From assembly GCA_965208615.1 (NCBI GenBank), contig CBDBPB010000006.1, positions 96,001 to 160,000 on the forward strand: DNA of 64,000 nt. The letters run 5' to 3'. This DNA comes from Spirochaetota bacterium. GTDB taxonomy: Bacteria; Spirochaetota; UBA6919; CBDBPB01. Under the pieces are notes generated by a model. The model did no database searches. It was not told where the DNA came from and saw only the letters and a list, made by a program, of their open reading frames with translations. How positions within the stretch are numbered: the first letter of the stretch is position 1; every line of letters starts with the position of its first letter. Both the position numbers and the translations under genes were made by a program. Below are positions 1 through 10,322 of this stretch, in pieces.

Positions 1-262
1 GCACAAGTTTTTTACTTTTCGGGATAAGATTAATGAGATTGCTGTTGAGTGTAGAAGTGCTGGTATTGGTTGTGTAGACTGCAAGGCTATATTGATTAGT
101 GGTATATGGTCTACTATAAAGCCTATACAGGATAAGCGTAGTTTATTAAAAAATGATATGAGCAATATAAAAGATATTATTATTAATAATGCTAAAACTT
201 GTAAGAAAATAGCAGAGAGTACTATGTTAGAGGTAAAGGATGCTATGGGCTTATCTTTGTGA
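1..262 (+). CDS. trpS: Tryptophanyl-tRNA synthetase, C-terminal part (runs off window start)
   Basis: Manual translation of frame 2: HKFFTFRDKINEIAVECRSAGIGCVDCKAIL...TMLEVKDAMGLSL*, a typical TrpRS C-terminus; TGA at 260-262. Not in the ORF track. Confidence 0.85.
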   Translation, partial: HKFFTFRDKINEIAVECRSAGIGCVDCKAILISGIWSTIKPIQDKRSLLKNDMSNIKDIIINNAKTCKKIAESTMLEVKDAMGLSL

Positions 263-352
263 TTATTTAAAATTATTATTAAAAAGTTCTTTTTATATAT
301 ATAAAGGTTTTTAGGGTTATACTTTATATATAGCTTTATATTTGGGGATATT

Positions 353-2170
353 ATGTGTGGTATTATTGGATATGTAGGTTATAAAAACAGTATTCCAATA
401 TTGATTGACGGCTTAAAAAGGCTTGAGTATAGGGGATATGACTCAGCTGGAATATCCTACTATAATAATGAGCTTATTACTATTAAGGATGTTGGTAAGA
501 TAAATAATATTGAGGGGCTTATAGATAAGGGTGAGAGTTCGTCTGTTGGAATAGGTCATACAAGATGGGCTACTCATGGAAAAGTAACTAAGGCTAATGC
601 TCATCCTCATGGAGATTGTCATAATAATTTTATTGTTGCTCATAATGGTATTATAGAAAACTATAAAAAGCTAAAAAAATATTTACTCGATAGAGGGCAT
701 AATTTTATCAGTGAAACAGATACTGAGGTTATTGCCCATCTTATTGAGGATAATTATGACGGTGATTTAGAGAAAGCTGTACGAAAAACTCTTAGGCAAC
801 TTGTTGGAACTTATGGATTAATTATATTTTCGATTTATGAGCCTAAAAAGTTATTAGCGGTTAGATATGGTAGTCCTCTTATTATTGGCAAGGGGGATGG
901 AGAACATTTTATTGTAAGTGATGTAGCTGGTATATTGCGTTATACATCTGATGTTATTTATTTAGAGGACGGTGAAATAGTAACTGTTACTAAGGATTTA
1001 TTTTCCATAAAGAATATGGATAATGAGACTGTTAATAAAAATCTTAACAAGGTTAATTGGCATCTTGAGGATATTAGTAAAAATGGTTATCCTACATTTA
1101 TGCTTAAGGAGATATATGAGCAGACTCAGAGCATAAATAATGCTATTAGGGGAAGGACTAATTTATCTGAGGGAACTTCGGTTCTATCTGCGTTTAGGGG
1201 TATTAAGCTTAGTAGGATTAACAGGATTATTATTACAGCAATGGGTACATCTTATCACGCCGCAAAGATTGGGGAATATTTAATAGAGGAATTTAGTCGT
1301 ATTCCTGTTGAGGTGGAGTATGCAGCAGAATTACGCTATAGAGGGCCTATTATAAATAGTAAAACACTTGTTATAGTTATTAGTCAATCTGGAGAGACTG
1401 CTGATACTTTGGGAGCCTTAAGAGAGGCTAAATTAAAGGGTGCAACGGTTTTGTCTATTTGCAATGTTGTTGGTAGTAGTATTGCACGGGAGAGTCATTG
1501 TGGAATATTTATTCATGCTGGTCCTGAAATTGGTGTTGCTAGTACAAAGGCATTTACCTCTCAAATTGTTATACTTTGTCTGATAGCGTTATACATTGGT
1601 AGAGTCAGGCAATTATCCTTAGAGGCAGGTAAAAAAATTGCTAAAGAGATAGAGGATTTACCAAATTTAGTTGAAAGGGTACTTAAGACATCTTCTTCTT
1701 GTATAGAGACTATAGCACAGCAGTTTCTATCATGTACTAATGCTCTTTATCTTGGAAGGGGTTATAATTATCCTGTTGCGCTAGAGGGAGCTTTAAAATT
1801 AAAGGAAATATCTTACATACACGCAGAAGGCTATAATGCCGCGGAGATGAAGCATGGACCAATTGCTTTAATCGATGAGAATATGCCAGTTTTTGTTATT
1901 GCTCTAAATGACTTTTTGTATGATAAAATTATTAATACCATAGAAGAGGTTAAAGCAAGAAAGGGTATTGTTATTGCCATTGCAACTGAGGGTAATTATG
2001 AGATTAGAAAACTGGTGGATCATGTTATTTTCATCCCCAAAGTAACTGACTATCTATCCCCCATTTTAGCGGTTATTCCTCTTCAATTAATTGCCTATTA
2101 TATTTCTGTTTTGAAGGGATGTAATGTTGATCAGCCTAGGAACTTAGCAAAAAGTGTTACGGTGGAGTAG
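353..2170 (+). CDS. glmS: Glutamine--fructose-6-phosphate aminotransferase
   Basis: N-terminal MCGIIG, LEYRGYDSAG, GHTRWATHG, C-terminal PRNLAKSVTVE. Confidence 0.98.
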   Translation: MCGIIGYVGYKNSIPILIDGLKRLEYRGYDSAGISYYNNELITIKDVGKINNIEGLIDKGESSSVGIGHTRWATHGKVTKANAHPHGDCHNNFIVAHNGIIENYKKLKKYLLDRGHNFISETDTEVIAHLIEDNYDGDLEKAVRKTLRQLVGTYGLIIFSIYEPKKLLAVRYGSPLIIGKGDGEHFIVSDVAGILRYTSDVIYLEDGEIVTVTKDLFSIKNMDNETVNKNLNKVNWHLEDISKNGYPTFMLKEIYEQTQSINNAIRGRTNLSEGTSVLSAFRGIKLSRINRIIITAMGTSYHAAKIGEYLIEEFSRIPVEVEYAAELRYRGPIINSKTLVIVISQSGETADTLGALREAKLKGATVLSICNVVGSSIARESHCGIFIHAGPEIGVASTKAFTSQIVILCLIALYIGRVRQLSLEAGKKIAKEIEDLPNLVERVLKTSSSCIETIAQQFLSCTNALYLGRGYNYPVALEGALKLKEISYIHAEGYNAAEMKHGPIALIDENMPVFVIALNDFLYDKIINTIEEVKARKGIVIAIATEGNYEIRKLVDHVIFIPKVTDYLSPILAVIPLQLIAYYISVLKGCNVDQPRNLAKSVTVE

Positions 2171-2200
2171 TTTTTAAAAGTAATAAAATAATTATATAGT

Positions 2201-2515
2201 TTACCACATGCTGTCTAGTAGGTATAATCCAAGATCTATGGCATTAGAATTGTATTTAAACCATACAATTTTACTTTCGATATTAATAGTTAGATTATTA
2301 TTAAAAGTAACCTTAAGTGTAACGGGTAAGTCTTCTTCTATATTGTATACTAATATACCTGGATTTATAATTTCTCCTTTAACACCGTTTTTTGATGCAT
2401 TAACAACATTAAGCTCAACAATGATATTTTTATTATCTTTGTTAAAGCTCAAAAAAGACTGTTTGACTATTCCTTTATTAGGCATTCTGGGATTTATACG
2501 TTGATTGTTATCCAT
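2201..2515 (-). CDS. Stand-alone PilZ-domain protein (c-di-GMP receptor candidate)
   Basis: RxxxR (RINPR) and N/DxSxxG (NASKNG) motifs, C-terminal KIVW...LGL strands, 104 aa. Confidence 0.75.
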   Translation of the reverse strand: MDNNQRINPRMPNKGIVKQSFLSFNKDNKNIIVELNVVNASKNGVKGEIINPGILVYNIEEDLPVTLKVTFNNNLTINIESKIVWFKYNSNAIDLGLYLLDSMW

Positions 2516-2517
2516 AA

Positions 2518-3798
2518 CTATAAATACACCTTTTTTAAGGCCGTATAGTTAGCTTTAAGTGTTTTTTCTATATCGTTTTTTGAGTGAGCAAGAGAGATAA
2601 ATCCTGCTTCAAATTGGGATGGTGCTATATAAATGCCTAAATTTATCATTTCTTTAAAGTAGTTTGCAAACTTTTTGCTGTCGGATGTACTTGCACTTTG
2701 AAAGTCTATTACTTTTTCGTTAGTAAAGAATAACGAAAACATAGACCCAATTCTATTAAATGATAATGTTAGTCCAAGGTTTTTAATATTTTCATTAATT
2801 CCCTCTTCTAACAGAGCAGAAGTATTTTCTAATTGTTCGTATACGTTTGATTTATTGAGTAGTTTTAGTGTTTCAAGCCCAGCAGTCATGGCAACAGGAT
2901 TCCCTGATAGTGTTCCAGCCTGATAAATATTACCAATGGGTGCTATACACTCCATAATTTCTTTTTTACCGCCATAAGCTCCTACGGGTAGGCCACCACC
3001 AATTATTTTACCCAAGCAGGTAATATCGGGATTTATATTGTATATCCCCTGTGCACCTTGCAGTGAGACTCTAAATCCAGTCATAACCTCGTCGAATATT
3101 AACAGTATACCCTCACTAGAACATAGAGAAGATAATTTATCAAGAAAGTTATTAACAGGGGGAATACACCCTGCATTACCCATTATTGGTTCTATTATGA
3201 CAGCGGCAATTTGATTCTTATATTTTTCTACCAATGACTCAACAGATTTTATATTATTAAACCTTGCAGTTAGGGTATCTTTGGCAATAGAGTTAGTAAC
3301 GCCTTTTGAGTCTGGGATTCCTAGGGTTAATAAGCCAGAACCAGCTTTAATTAGGAAGCTGTCTCCGTGTCCATGATAGCATCCCTCAAATTTGATTATT
3401 TTATCTCGATTAGTGTATCCCCTAGCCAGTCTTATAGCGGACATAGTTGCCTCAGTGCCAGAGTTAACCATTCTTACCATATCAACAGATGGCAGAATAG
3501 AGGTAATTAGTTCAGCCATTTCTAATTCTAGTGTACATGGGGCTCCAAAGCTTGTACCATTAAGGATTGTTTTATTAATGGCATTAAGGATATTTATATT
3601 AGCATGTCCAAGGATCATAGGCCCCCATGAGCCAACGTAGTCAATATATTCGTTATTATCAACGTCATATATTTTTGAGTTTTTTGCTTTGCTTATAAAA
3701 ACTGGTGATAATCCAACGGATTTAAAGGCTCTTACAGGGGAGTTAACACCACCTGGTATAACTTTTAAAGCTCTTTCTAATAGTTTTTGGCTTTTCAT
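2518..3798 (-). CDS. hemL: Glutamate-1-semialdehyde 2,1-aminomutase
   Basis: [42 protein letters not shown]; start placed at ATG 3798 (MKSQKL) rather than the ORF-track start. Confidence 0.97.
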   Translation of the reverse strand: MKSQKLLERALKVIPGGVNSPVRAFKSVGLSPVFISKAKNSKIYDVDNNEYIDYVGSWGPMILGHANINILNAINKTILNGTSFGAPCTLELEMAELITSILPSVDMVRMVNSGTEATMSAIRLARGYTNRDKIIKFEGCYHGHGDSFLIKAGSGLLTLGIPDSKGVTNSIAKDTLTARFNNIKSVESLVEKYKNQIAAVIIEPIMGNAGCIPPVNNFLDKLSSLCSSEGILLIFDEVMTGFRVSLQGAQGIYNINPDITCLGKIIGGGLPVGAYGGKKEIMECIAPIGNIYQAGTLSGNPVAMTAGLETLKLLNKSNVYEQLENTSALLEEGINENIKNLGLTLSFNRIGSMFSLFFTNEKVIDFQSASTSDSKKFANYFKEMINLGIYIAPSQFEAGFISLAHSKNDIEKTLKANYTALKKVYL

Positions 3799-3808
3799 AT
3801 AGATATTC

Positions 3809-4756
3809 CTAGTTATTTTTATCAAACTTTCTAATTGTGCAGTTGCTAAGCCACTCACAATTAACGCATACGGGGTCATTACTGCTAAAGTCTTCTTCTG
3901 AACAAATATTAGCATTATTGTTTAGGCTAACTTTTATAGAGTTAATTTCATTTATATCTTTTTGAGTAAGGGTAGAATTATTTTCTAGTTTGTTAAGGAG
4001 GTAGGTATAAAAGTTATTTTTATTTGGTTTATTTTTTGGTTTATTTATAGAAGAGAGTTTTTCTTTATTTTTGTTTGTATTTCCGAGTATAAAATAAGCT
4101 ATGAGAGCAATGTTAGCCATATTTATTATTATAATGTTTATAGAGCTAAGGTTAATTAAGATTTCGTATAAGCTAGTTATTTTAGATAGGCTGATTAAGT
4201 TTGTGAATACGAGAAATAGTAATATTATAAAGCTAAAATTAGCAATTTTATCAAAGGTATTTCTCCATGAATATGGTATAAAATATCTTGCTATTGCTCC
4301 GCCATCAAGGGGAGGGATTGGGATTAGGTTAAACACCATTAATATAACGTTAATTAGGACATACACATATAATATAGTTGATAATATATTATTAGGGGGT
4401 ATAGCAAATGCATTTATTATTAATATTCCAAGGCAGGCCTGGATGAAATTGCTAAAGGGGCCTGCAAATGATATTACTGCGTGATCCTTTGCAGGGTTTT
4501 TTAATTTTGCAATAGATATTGGTACTGGTTTCATCCATCCAAAGGCAAAGCCAGTAGTCATTATTAATATTACTGGGAATATTATAGTACCTATTAGGTC
4601 TATATGGGCAAAAGGGTTTATTGTCATTCTACCCTGGTTTTTAGCAGTAGAGTCACCTAAATAGTTGGCACTAACTGCATGGGCAAACTCATGTATTGAT
4701 CCAGCTATTATAAAGGTGATAAAGTAGATTATAAACAAAGATATTTGTTTATCCAA
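3809..4756 (-). CDS. Site-2 protease (M50) membrane metalloprotease with C-terminal Cys4 tail
   Basis: HEFAH zinc motif, [31 protein letters not shown]; extra C-terminal C-x12-C-x2-C-x5-C. Confidence 0.9.
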   Translation of the reverse strand: MDKQISLFIIYFITFIIAGSIHEFAHAVSANYLGDSTAKNQGRMTINPFAHIDLIGTIIFPVILIMTTGFAFGWMKPVPISIAKLKNPAKDHAVISFAGPFSNFIQACLGILIINAFAIPPNNILSTILYVYVLINVILMVFNLIPIPPLDGGAIARYFIPYSWRNTFDKIANFSFIILLFLVFTNLISLSKITSLYEILINLSSINIIIINMANIALIAYFILGNTNKNKEKLSSINKPKNKPNKNNFYTYLLNKLENNSTLTQKDINEINSIKVSLNNNANICSEEDFSSNDPVCVNCEWLSNCTIRKFDKNN

Positions 4757-4891
4757 TGGGTATTCCTATAATTTATTTTATTCTTATACATAAACTTAAG
4801 TTAAAATATTACTGATGAAGATATATAAAATGAAAGTAAAAGGAAAGTAATTTTTATATTCGCTTATAAAGGTATATTTTAAATATTTATG

Positions 4892-5638
4892 TTATTTATA
4901 GGCTCTAATATTGGCACACAATGCCAGGGGGTGATTAGTTCTTGCATTACGGAGTTTAGAGATTACTTTAATTTCTTTAAAGCCAAGCTTTTCCATAAGG
5001 GATAGAAAGTCTACTTCGGTTAATGCACCACCGATACAGCGAAACCAATCATTAATATTTTTTTTAATATCATCTTTAAGAGGTGCACTTAATACTATTT
5101 CTGAGAATACAGTACGCCCACCGGGTTTTAGTACTCTAAAAACTTCTTTCATAACGGCTTCTTTATTAGGGGATAGGTTATAAATTCCATTTGAGGCTAC
5201 TAAATCAAAAAAGTTATCATCGAATGGTATGTTGTCAGAGGTACTATTAATAAGTTCGACTCCGAGGATACTAGCTTCTTTTAGATTAGTTTTAGCTTTA
5301 TCCAGCATTTTTTGTGATATATCTAATCCATATACCTTTGCAGAAGATTTAGCATAAAAGAAGAGGTCTAGTCCTGCACCACATCCTAGGTCGAGGACTA
5401 CTTCATTTTTTTTTATATTGACAAAGGGTTGTGGGTTATTAGCTCCGGTAAAAGATTCGCTAAAGGCGGGGGATAGTTTATCTAAAACGTCTTTTGGATA
5501 GCCTACTTTAATAGCGAAGTCTTTACCTACTGGAAAAGGAAATTTATCATTAGGACTAATCGCAATATTGGAATATTTATTTTTAACAGCTTGTTTTATA
5601 TCATCATCATTCATGTTGTTAATAGACTTGTTATTCAT
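4892..5638 (-). CDS. Class I SAM-dependent methyltransferase, ArsM-like
   Basis: VLDLGCGAGLD, FDLVASNG, EVFRVLKPGG, WFRCIGGAL. Confidence 0.8.
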   Translation of the reverse strand: MNNKSINNMNDDDIKQAVKNKYSNIAISPNDKFPFPVGKDFAIKVGYPKDVLDKLSPAFSESFTGANNPQPFVNIKKNEVVLDLGCGAGLDLFFYAKSSAKVYGLDISQKMLDKAKTNLKEASILGVELINSTSDNIPFDDNFFDLVASNGIYNLSPNKEAVMKEVFRVLKPGGRTVFSEIVLSAPLKDDIKKNINDWFRCIGGALTEVDFLSLMEKLGFKEIKVISKLRNARTNHPLALCANIRAYK

Positions 5639-5708
5639 AATCTACCTCTTTATATGTTTTTATGTTGATTAAAATATAATTTATCTATGATAAAAAATTA
5701 ACTTTTTA

Positions 5709-8306
5709 TTATTCGTATTTTAGTGCCTCTTTGATTTTTATTTTAAAAGTGCTTATTGCTGGGTAGTATGCGGATATAACGGATAATATTATTGCTCCTA
5801 TTATAACACAGAGTAATATATAGCCTGGCAGTGAGTATTCAAGGTGCCATCCAACGGTTTGCTTGTTGATGATGAATACGGTAATAATTGAAATAAGAAT
5901 CCCTGATATTAATCCCATAAGGGTTCCTATAATGCCAATTAAGCCGCCTTCAGTGATTATCATGGATTTGATTTGTTTTTTAGTAGCTCCTATAGTTCTT
6001 AATATAGCAATTTCTCTTTTTCGTTCAATTATGGATGATAATAGTGCATTAGTAATTCCCATCATTGCTATCATAATTGTGATTAATTCTAAAGCGTGAA
6101 AAACAGTAAAAGTATTATCTATGGCATTAGTTATCTCATTTTTGAAGTCATTTTGCGAGCTAAAAAGTAAACCTTCTGGATTATCAATAGTTTTATAAAG
6201 TTCTTTGCTAAACTGATTAACATTTATATTCTTTTTGAGATATATTTTAAAAATATCTACTTGCTTGTCATTCCAAAACCGCTTAAAGGTGTTTCTATCC
6301 ATGCTTATAATGTCTTTATCATAAATATAATTTGCTAGTATTCCAACCACCTTAAAGTTATGATATTTTTTATTGGTTTTCAGTTTAATAAAATCCCCTA
6401 TATCAATACTGTTAGACAGGGCAAAGCTATTTGAAATAAAAACTCCATTATGGTTTTTTAATAAGTCAAAGCTTATATTACGATTTTTTGAATATTTAAT
6501 AAAAGTGTAATTAGCATGTTCTTTTGCAACCTTCATCCTAAAAGAGTGGATAACTAAGGGATTATTATTATAAGAAATAGTATAAAACCTATAGTAGTCA
6601 ATATTTTTAATAGAATTAAGGTGTTTAATTGAGTTAATTCTATTTTCTGTCATGGGGTATAAATCACCTTCGGGGTAGGACGAACCAGAAAGAATAGAAA
6701 AGTCTGCATTATTAACTTGGTTAAACCATCTGTCAATAGAATAGTGATAGCTTTCGATTAGAGTAAAAATATTTATAATTAAGGCTATGCTAATCATTAA
6801 CGTACTTACGGTAATAGAGTTACGATTAGTATTTCTTAGTAGATTTTCATTTGCTATAGCCATTTCTATTTTGTTAATTTTGAATAAAATGCTTTTTAAT
6901 AACCAGGCTAAAACTTTTATAACAAGAGGGGATAACAAGGATATACCCAATATAATTAAAAAGTTTGCAAGGAATCCAAATAATGGAATACCGTATACGG
7001 GTTTTAATTGGGAACTTATATATGCAAGGAATAAAAATACTATACCAATTATGCTAATGGTTTTAATGTTTAATATTTTGCTATGTTCATAGCTAACAAA
7101 GCGTATACTCTCTATAGGGCTAATACGAAGAGCTGACATTGCAGGAATAAGTGATGATAAAAAAGATATAGTTATACCAATGGCTATTCCTATTGCCATA
7201 AGGGAAGGGTGAAAGGATATATCTTTAACATTGTTTATTGTGTAATAGCTAGTCATTTTACTAGTAAAGGCGTCCACAGATAAATGGGCTAATAGCCATC
7301 CTAAGCCTAAGCCTATTATTGACCCTATAGCACCTATAACTATACCTTCTAATGAGAATAGAAAAAGTATATCTATTTTAGTTGCCCCTAAGGCTCTTAA
7401 TATACCTATTTCTTTTCTTTGTTGTATGATAGAGCTATTTATAGTATTAAATATTAAATACATACCAACTAATAATGCAATCATACTAGCTATAGTTAGG
7501 TTTAGGTTGAAGGATTTATAAAGCTTACCTGAATAGGGTAAATCTTTTTTTAGATCTTTTATTTTAAAATCTTTTCCCAGTATTTTAGTTAGGTTATTTT
7601 TTACTTGTTTTGCACTGGAGTTGTTATTTAGGACTATATCAATTTTATCAATACTATTTTCTTTATTGAAGTAATATTGTGCAGAAAAGAAGTCCATTGC
7701 TATTAGGTTGCTATATTTGTATAGGGGATTTTTTTTATTTTTTATAACATCGAATATATTGAACTTTACCTCACCTTTTGCCGTTATGATATTGATGTTA
7801 GAGGTTTTAATCTTATGAGTTTTAATAAATCTTTCGGTAACTATTAGCTGATTGGGACTACTAAACAGCTTAGCTATCTTGCTTCTATTTAAACCCTTAC
7901 TTTGCATATTGTTTATTTTTATATTAGTTTTTAGAAGGTCGTATCCAAGGATTATAACGGGGATAGGTTTTTTAAGTTTTAGATTATCAGTTTTAGTCAT
8001 TCTTGTTTTTGTGGATACTATGGCAAAGATATTTTTTATACCTTTTACTTTTTTTATTTTGGGATAGTATAATTCATTAAATCCTTTTCTATTTTTGCTT
8101 ATTTGGAGATCGACATTTGGGGATATTGATAGTATTAAGTTTTTCATAGCTTTTTGAGCGGTAAAACTTGCAATTCTAATAGCAATAAATACTGCTATAC
8201 CAAGGCTTACTCCAAAGATTGATAGTATTGATTTTAGGCTATGTTTTTTTAGGTAGCGGTAAATGATTATTTTAATTAGATTAAGTTGCCTTATTAGTTG
8301 TTTCAT
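5709..8306 (-). CDS. ABC transporter permease with duplicated MacB/FtsX domains
   Basis: Two RxEIxILRxxGA motifs, SIFGVSLGIA first TM helix, two large periplasmic loops. Confidence 0.9.
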   Translation of the reverse strand: MKQLIRQLNLIKIIIYRYLKKHSLKSILSIFGVSLGIAVFIAIRIASFTAQKAMKNLILSISPNVDLQISKNRKGFNELYYPKIKKVKGIKNIFAIVSTKTRMTKTDNLKLKKPIPVIILGYDLLKTNIKINNMQSKGLNRSKIAKLFSSPNQLIVTERFIKTHKIKTSNINIITAKGEVKFNIFDVIKNKKNPLYKYSNLIAMDFFSAQYYFNKENSIDKIDIVLNNNSSAKQVKNNLTKILGKDFKIKDLKKDLPYSGKLYKSFNLNLTIASMIALLVGMYLIFNTINSSIIQQRKEIGILRALGATKIDILFLFSLEGIVIGAIGSIIGLGLGWLLAHLSVDAFTSKMTSYYTINNVKDISFHPSLMAIGIAIGITISFLSSLIPAMSALRISPIESIRFVSYEHSKILNIKTISIIGIVFLFLAYISSQLKPVYGIPLFGFLANFLIILGISLLSPLVIKVLAWLLKSILFKINKIEMAIANENLLRNTNRNSITVSTLMISIALIINIFTLIESYHYSIDRWFNQVNNADFSILSGSSYPEGDLYPMTENRINSIKHLNSIKNIDYYRFYTISYNNNPLVIHSFRMKVAKEHANYTFIKYSKNRNISFDLLKNHNGVFISNSFALSNSIDIGDFIKLKTNKKYHNFKVVGILANYIYDKDIISMDRNTFKRFWNDKQVDIFKIYLKKNINVNQFSKELYKTIDNPEGLLFSSQNDFKNEITNAIDNTFTVFHALELITIMIAMMGITNALLSSIIERKREIAILRTIGATKKQIKSMIITEGGLIGIIGTLMGLISGILISIITVFIINKQTVGWHLEYSLPGYILLCVIIGAIILSVISAYYPAISTFKIKIKEALKYE

Positions 8307-8971
8307 TTATATAGGGTACCATCTTTTAAAAGGGTAACATTATCGTTAGCTTTTTTAGCAAGGTCATTATTATGTGTTACAAAGATAATTGTATGGTTTA
8401 GTTCTTTGGAAAGCTTTTTTAAGAGGAGGTATACATCTTCAGCATTTTTTGAATCGAGGTTACCAGTTGGTTCATCAGCGAGGACTAATTTAGGTTTAGA
8501 GATTAATGCTCTGGCTATAGCTAGTCTTTGCATTTCTCCTCCTGAGAGTTCTTCTGGGTGATTAGTTTTTTTATCGCTAAGATTAACAAGATTTATATAA
8601 TATTTAGCTTTTTTAATTGCCTTATTATATCCCTCTCCCATTAGTAGTAGCGGCATAGCAACATTTTCTAGACTTGTTAGGGTTGGTAGAAGGTTAAAAA
8701 ACTGAAATATAATTCCTATATTATTTCTTCTAAATATTGTTAAGTCTTTATCTGACATAGAGATCAATTTAGTATTATCAATTATTATATCGCCTGAATC
8801 TGGTTTGTCTATTCCCCCTATTAGGTTTAGGAGTGTACTTTTACCTGATCCGCTGGCACCCATTATTATTAAAAAGTCACCTTTTTTAACATTAAGGTTA
8901 CAATTTTTTAATACATAGAATGACTTTTGTCCTCTTGTATAAGTTTTGCAGATGTTTGATAATTTAACCAT
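8303..8971 (-). CDS. ABC transporter ATP-binding protein (LolD/MacB-like)
   Basis: GASGSGKST, LSGGEMQR, LADEPTGNLD, VTHN; overlaps the permease start. Confidence 0.93.
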   Translation of the reverse strand: MVKLSNICKTYTRGQKSFYVLKNCNLNVKKGDFLIIMGASGSGKSTLLNLIGGIDKPDSGDIIIDNTKLISMSDKDLTIFRRNNIGIIFQFFNLLPTLTSLENVAMPLLLMGEGYNKAIKKAKYYINLVNLSDKKTNHPEELSGGEMQRLAIARALISKPKLVLADEPTGNLDSKNAEDVYLLLKKLSKELNHTIIFVTHNNDLAKKANDNVTLLKDGTLYK

Positions 8972-9188
8972 GTTTATTTATATGTAGATAGAGTATTTTA
9001 ATTTAAGCGTAATTATATTAGTTATTTTACCTATATAAATTAAATAGTCAATACAGCATTGCCGAATGACTATCTTAGTTCTAATTAAGATTGATGAGCT
9101 AATTAATAATATTTTTCTATAAAAAAGTAGTTGTTAATCGGATAAACAAAATTAATTAGTCTTAGGGTAAAAATATAATATAATTTTA

Positions 9189-10280
9189 ATGAAAAAAATA
9201 TCTATTAAAAAAGAGGGAAAAATGCTTATTATGAGATATTTAATTTTCATTAGTATTGGGATATTATGCTTTAATACTTTAGTGGGAGCTAAAACAAAGT
9301 GGGTTGTTGATGTTAAAGAAGCTCCTCCGTTTGTGATAATAGATAAGAATACATCTAGGCTTAGTGGGTTTTCTATAGACATAATAAAAGAGATAGCCAT
9401 GGTTATAGATGATCCTGTTGATATTGATTTTACTATTAGTCCTAATTTAGAGACTCATCTTAATAAAGTTATAAATGATGAGGTTGATCTTGGTATTGCG
9501 GCAACATCTATTACTGTGGATAGGTCTAATAAAATGGATTTTAGTTTTCCATTTTTTAAGAGTAAGCTTGGTATATTAATAAAAAAGGAAAAGGCTAGTA
9601 GTATTTGGAAGGTTATTTTTTCTAAAAAGATATTCTATGTTTTTATAGGTTTAGTTATTTATATATTTATTTGTGGTAATTTAATCTGGATATTAGAACA
9701 TGGGGAATCCAGCTTTAATGATAAATGGATTAAGGGGGTTTTTGAGGGAGTATGGTGGACTATTGTTACTATGTCTACAGTTGGTTATGGTGATTTTGTT
9801 CCTCGTAGAGCTTTATCTAGATTAATGGCTAGTATTATGATATTTAGCGGTATAATTATTTTTAGTATTGCTATAGGAGCTTTTAGTTCTCTTATGACAA
9901 TAAGTCACCTGGAAAGCGATTCTAAAAAGCTATCTGATTTATCTAAAAAAAGGGTATCCTGCATAGTTAATACTACTTCTTGCAAAGCCGTTGATGAAAA
10001 AGGTGCAATAATTGTTGAGGCTAAAAATCTTGAAGAAGCTATATCTAATTTGAATAGTGAAAAAGTAGTTGCTATGGTATATGACAGCCATCTTTTGCTA
10101 TACCACCTTAATAAGACTAAGAATAATAATTTTGATCTTGTTGATAATAGTTTTAGAGATGAGCATTATGGAGTTGGATTTCCTTTGAATAGTAAGATAA
10201 GAAAGCAAGTTAATATAGGTTTACTTAGGATTATGAAGGATTCGAGGTATAAGAGAATATATGAAAAGTGGTTTCAATAG
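9189..10280 (+). CDS. Ligand-gated K+ channel with split substrate-binding domain (GluR0-like)
   Basis: PBP lobe 1 (APPFV, SGFSIDI, SITVDR, DFSFPF), TM-pore-TM with WWTIVTMSTVGYGD filter, PBP lobe 2 (HYGVGF, YKRIYEKWF). Confidence 0.88.
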   Translation: MKKISIKKEGKMLIMRYLIFISIGILCFNTLVGAKTKWVVDVKEAPPFVIIDKNTSRLSGFSIDIIKEIAMVIDDPVDIDFTISPNLETHLNKVINDEVDLGIAATSITVDRSNKMDFSFPFFKSKLGILIKKEKASSIWKVIFSKKIFYVFIGLVIYIFICGNLIWILEHGESSFNDKWIKGVFEGVWWTIVTMSTVGYGDFVPRRALSRLMASIMIFSGIIIFSIAIGAFSSLMTISHLESDSKKLSDLSKKRVSCIVNTTSCKAVDEKGAIIVEAKNLEEAISNLNSEKVVAMVYDSHLLLYHLNKTKNNNFDLVDNSFRDEHYGVGFPLNSKIRKQVNIGLLRIMKDSRYKRIYEKWFQ

Positions 10281-10322
10281 GGTTATTATAGCATTTTTAA
10301 ACTAAGGAAAAAGTTTATTAGG

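Noticed and set aside
263-352. Possible glmS ribozyme
   Set aside because: The spacer is only 90 nt, AT-rich, with no recognisable ribozyme core.
3799-3915. N-terminal extension of HemL in the ORF track
   Set aside because: It overlaps the upstream protease gene; ATG 3798 gives a normal-length HemL.
4309-7209. KOPS-like GGGNAGGG octamers on the + strand pointing toward the dif-like site
   Set aside because: Only two noticed, both inside coding sequence and expected from G-skew; needs genome-wide statistics.
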